From Smithellaceae bacterium (GTDB lineage Bacteria > Desulfobacterota > Syntrophia > Syntrophales > Smithellaceae), in assembly GCA_963667845.2 (NCBI GenBank), contig CAXXVL010000001.1:416001-480000 (forward strand): a stretch of 64,000 bases of DNA, given 5' to 3'. A model generated the notes under the pieces. That model had not been told where the DNA came from. It saw only the letters and a list, made by a program, of their open reading frames with translations, and made no database searches. The position numbers and the translations under genes are program-made. The stretch's first letter is position 1. Each line of letters starts with the position of its first letter. Positions 62,198 to 64,000 of this stretch are shown piece by piece.

Positions 62198-63511
62198 ATG
62201 AAAAGAATAGGGTTGTGCCTGTGTATCTTGCTTGCACTCATGTTGATGGCGTCGCGTTCGGCAATGGCGCAGGAATACACTTTGCAAGATCTCTATCAGC
62301 AGGCACTGCAGAATTCGGAAAAGATAAAATTTGCTGAAGAAAACGTCTATATTGCCCGGACGGGCAAAGACAAGGCCTGGTCGCTCTTGATTCCCAAAGT
62401 GACGGCCTTCGGACAATACAACCGTTATTCACAGGGTAAATATGGTGATCCCCCCGCTTACAGCACGGTCGTCATTCAGCCGGAGCAATACGGGACATGG
62501 GGTGTCCGCGCCGATCAGGCCTTTTCGCTTTCCGTGCGCGAATTGGACGCATTAAAAATTGCCGGACAGTCGATTACGAAGAGTGAATTTGATCTTTACG
62601 CCGCCAGGGAGGATTTTGTTCTGGCCGTCGCGTCTTCGTATTATGATGTGCTCAAGGCAAAAAAGGGGCTGGAAATTGCAGCGGCCAATGTGGAGCGGCT
62701 CACCCAATACCGGCAATCCGCCGAAAAGCGGGTGACGGTCGGTGAACTGACCAAAACGGCCTTGCTGCGCGCCGATGGCGAATTATCGGGAGCGCGCGCC
62801 GACTATCTCCGGGCGACCAATGGGTTCAAACTGGCACGCGCCGCTCTGGTACGGATTACGGGCGTTCCCGAGACGTTCCGGTTAAAGGAGGTGGCGGTCC
62901 CCGCTTCCGAACCGGCTGGGTTTGAAAATCTGCGCGGCACGGCCATGCTCTCCAGATCGGATTTGAAAAGCTTCGATGTGCAGACGCAGATTGCCGAAGG
63001 GCAGGTCAAATATGCCCGGGGCGCCTTCTGGCCCAATATTGGTTTGTTTGCCATCTATAGCGGGATGGATCAAAGTCCCGGGTCGGGTACATTCAACAGG
63101 GAGAGTATTCTGGGCGGTGTGGCTCTGAACTTCCCTTTTTTTGAAGGGGGCTTAAGAGTGGCTGAACTCAGGGAAGCCAAGGCCAGAGAGCGGCAGGCGA
63201 AGCTCGCCTACAGCGACTTCAAGAAAAGCATTGATGTTGAATTGCGCGGAGTATACCTGGATCTGGAAACGCAGAAGGGCGCGCTGAAATTTTCGATGGA
63301 TCAACTTGTTTTTGCAGAGGATAATTATAATGCCGTCTTAAGGCAGTATGAAAACGGTCTGGTCACGAGTCTGGACGTGATGGATGCCAATTCCCTTCTT
63401 TTATCCTCCGAAAGAAATGTGGCTGAAGCTTTATACGGATATCAACTGGCCCATTTGAAGGTGAAAAGATCAAGCGGCACGTTACTGAAATTTGTTCAAG
63501 AAGGCAGTTAA
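62198..63511 (+). CDS. second TolC-family outer membrane protein
   Basis: Signal peptide; 'VASSYYDVL', 'FPFFEGG', 'YENGLVTSLDV'. Confidence 0.9.
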   Translation: MKRIGLCLCILLALMLMASRSAMAQEYTLQDLYQQALQNSEKIKFAEENVYIARTGKDKAWSLLIPKVTAFGQYNRYSQGKYGDPPAYSTVVIQPEQYGTWGVRADQAFSLSVRELDALKIAGQSITKSEFDLYAAREDFVLAVASSYYDVLKAKKGLEIAAANVERLTQYRQSAEKRVTVGELTKTALLRADGELSGARADYLRATNGFKLARAALVRITGVPETFRLKEVAVPASEPAGFENLRGTAMLSRSDLKSFDVQTQIAEGQVKYARGAFWPNIGLFAIYSGMDQSPGSGTFNRESILGGVALNFPFFEGGLRVAELREAKARERQAKLAYSDFKKSIDVELRGVYLDLETQKGALKFSMDQLVFAEDNYNAVLRQYENGLVTSLDVMDANSLLLSSERNVAEALYGYQLAHLKVKRSSGTLLKFVQEGS

Positions 63512-63553
63512 TACATCGATGCGCCGGCGCGTCATGAGGAGGATAAAACAAAA

Positions 63554-64000
63554 ATGAACGTACAAAACCCAGCAGCCGTCAGACCGAAATCAAGACAGTC
63601 CCGGGCCAGGACCCTGCTGTCTGCCGTCCTGATCGGACTCATGATCATCTCTCTTATATCCTGTACGAAGGAAAAGAAAGCGGAACCGGAACGGCTGGTG
63701 AATGTCCGCATCTGGCCCGCTGAAATTAAGCACGTTCAACCCTATCTGGAGACGACGGGCACTCTAAAAGCTGATGAGGAGGTTGTGGTCAGCTCCGAAG
63801 TGGACGGGATCATCAAAAAAATATTCGTTGAAGAGGGAACGGCAGTAGGCGTGGGATCGCTTCTGGCCCAGATTAACGAAACGGACTACATGCTGGACTG
63901 GAAAAGATCGGACGCCGCTTTGCGCCAGACGCAGGCATCGCTCGCCAATGCTCAGGCCGAGTATAAAAGGAAGTCCGCCCTGTATCAGGATGAGTTGATT
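63554..64000 (+). CDS. RND efflux periplasmic adaptor (MFP), runs off the window
   Basis: Lipobox LISC; 'TGTLKA.EEVVVSSEVDGIIKKIFVEEG..V..G.LLAQI'. Confidence 0.88.
   Translation, partial: MNVQNPAAVRPKSRQSRARTLLSAVLIGLMIISLISCTKEKKAEPERLVNVRIWPAEIKHVQPYLETTGTLKADEEVVVSSEVDGIIKKIFVEEGTAVGVGSLLAQINETDYMLDWKRSDAALRQTQASLANAQAEYKRKSALYQDELI

Overview
Chromosomal window from an anaerobic bacterium, probably a Syntrophales/Smithella-like deltaproteobacterium (inferred from gene content only). The first 20 kb is a mosaic accessory region. It holds a 1644-aa nuclease-NACHT-HEAT (NLR/Avs-like) candidate antiphage gene preceded by a ~180-nt nested palindrome, a selenocysteine MsrA that the ORF track splits at its UGA, pcnB, many secreted proteins and lipoproteins, an IS3 stub, and junctions repeatedly marked by short GGGGAC/GGGTCA motifs. 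One of these motifs matches the inverted ends of a deleted REP-associated tyrosine transposase (RAYT-like) element at 52.9-53.2 kb. The 20-40 kb region has hrpB, an acyl-CoA ligase, an MCP, mgsA, a second hidden selenoprotein (stand-alone GrdB/PrdB-like, UxxC), exported hypotheticals, a USP and a secreted caspase-like protease, plus five copies of a ~90-bp double-hairpin repeat. At 40-48.5 kb is a complete N-type ATPase operon (atpDCQRBEFAG) behind a consensus sigma-54 promoter with tandem upstream palindromes; its c subunit lacks the usual Na+ ligands. The 49-64 kb region has a His-less histidine kinase, a three-repeat lipoprotein, an ECF sigma with DUF3795, an Rrf2-mnmA-metY-cysK-fdhD sulfur cluster and the start of a TetR-TolC-TolC-MFP efflux operon. 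No rRNA, tRNA or CRISPR array was found. All family calls come from reading motifs by eye, not from database searches.
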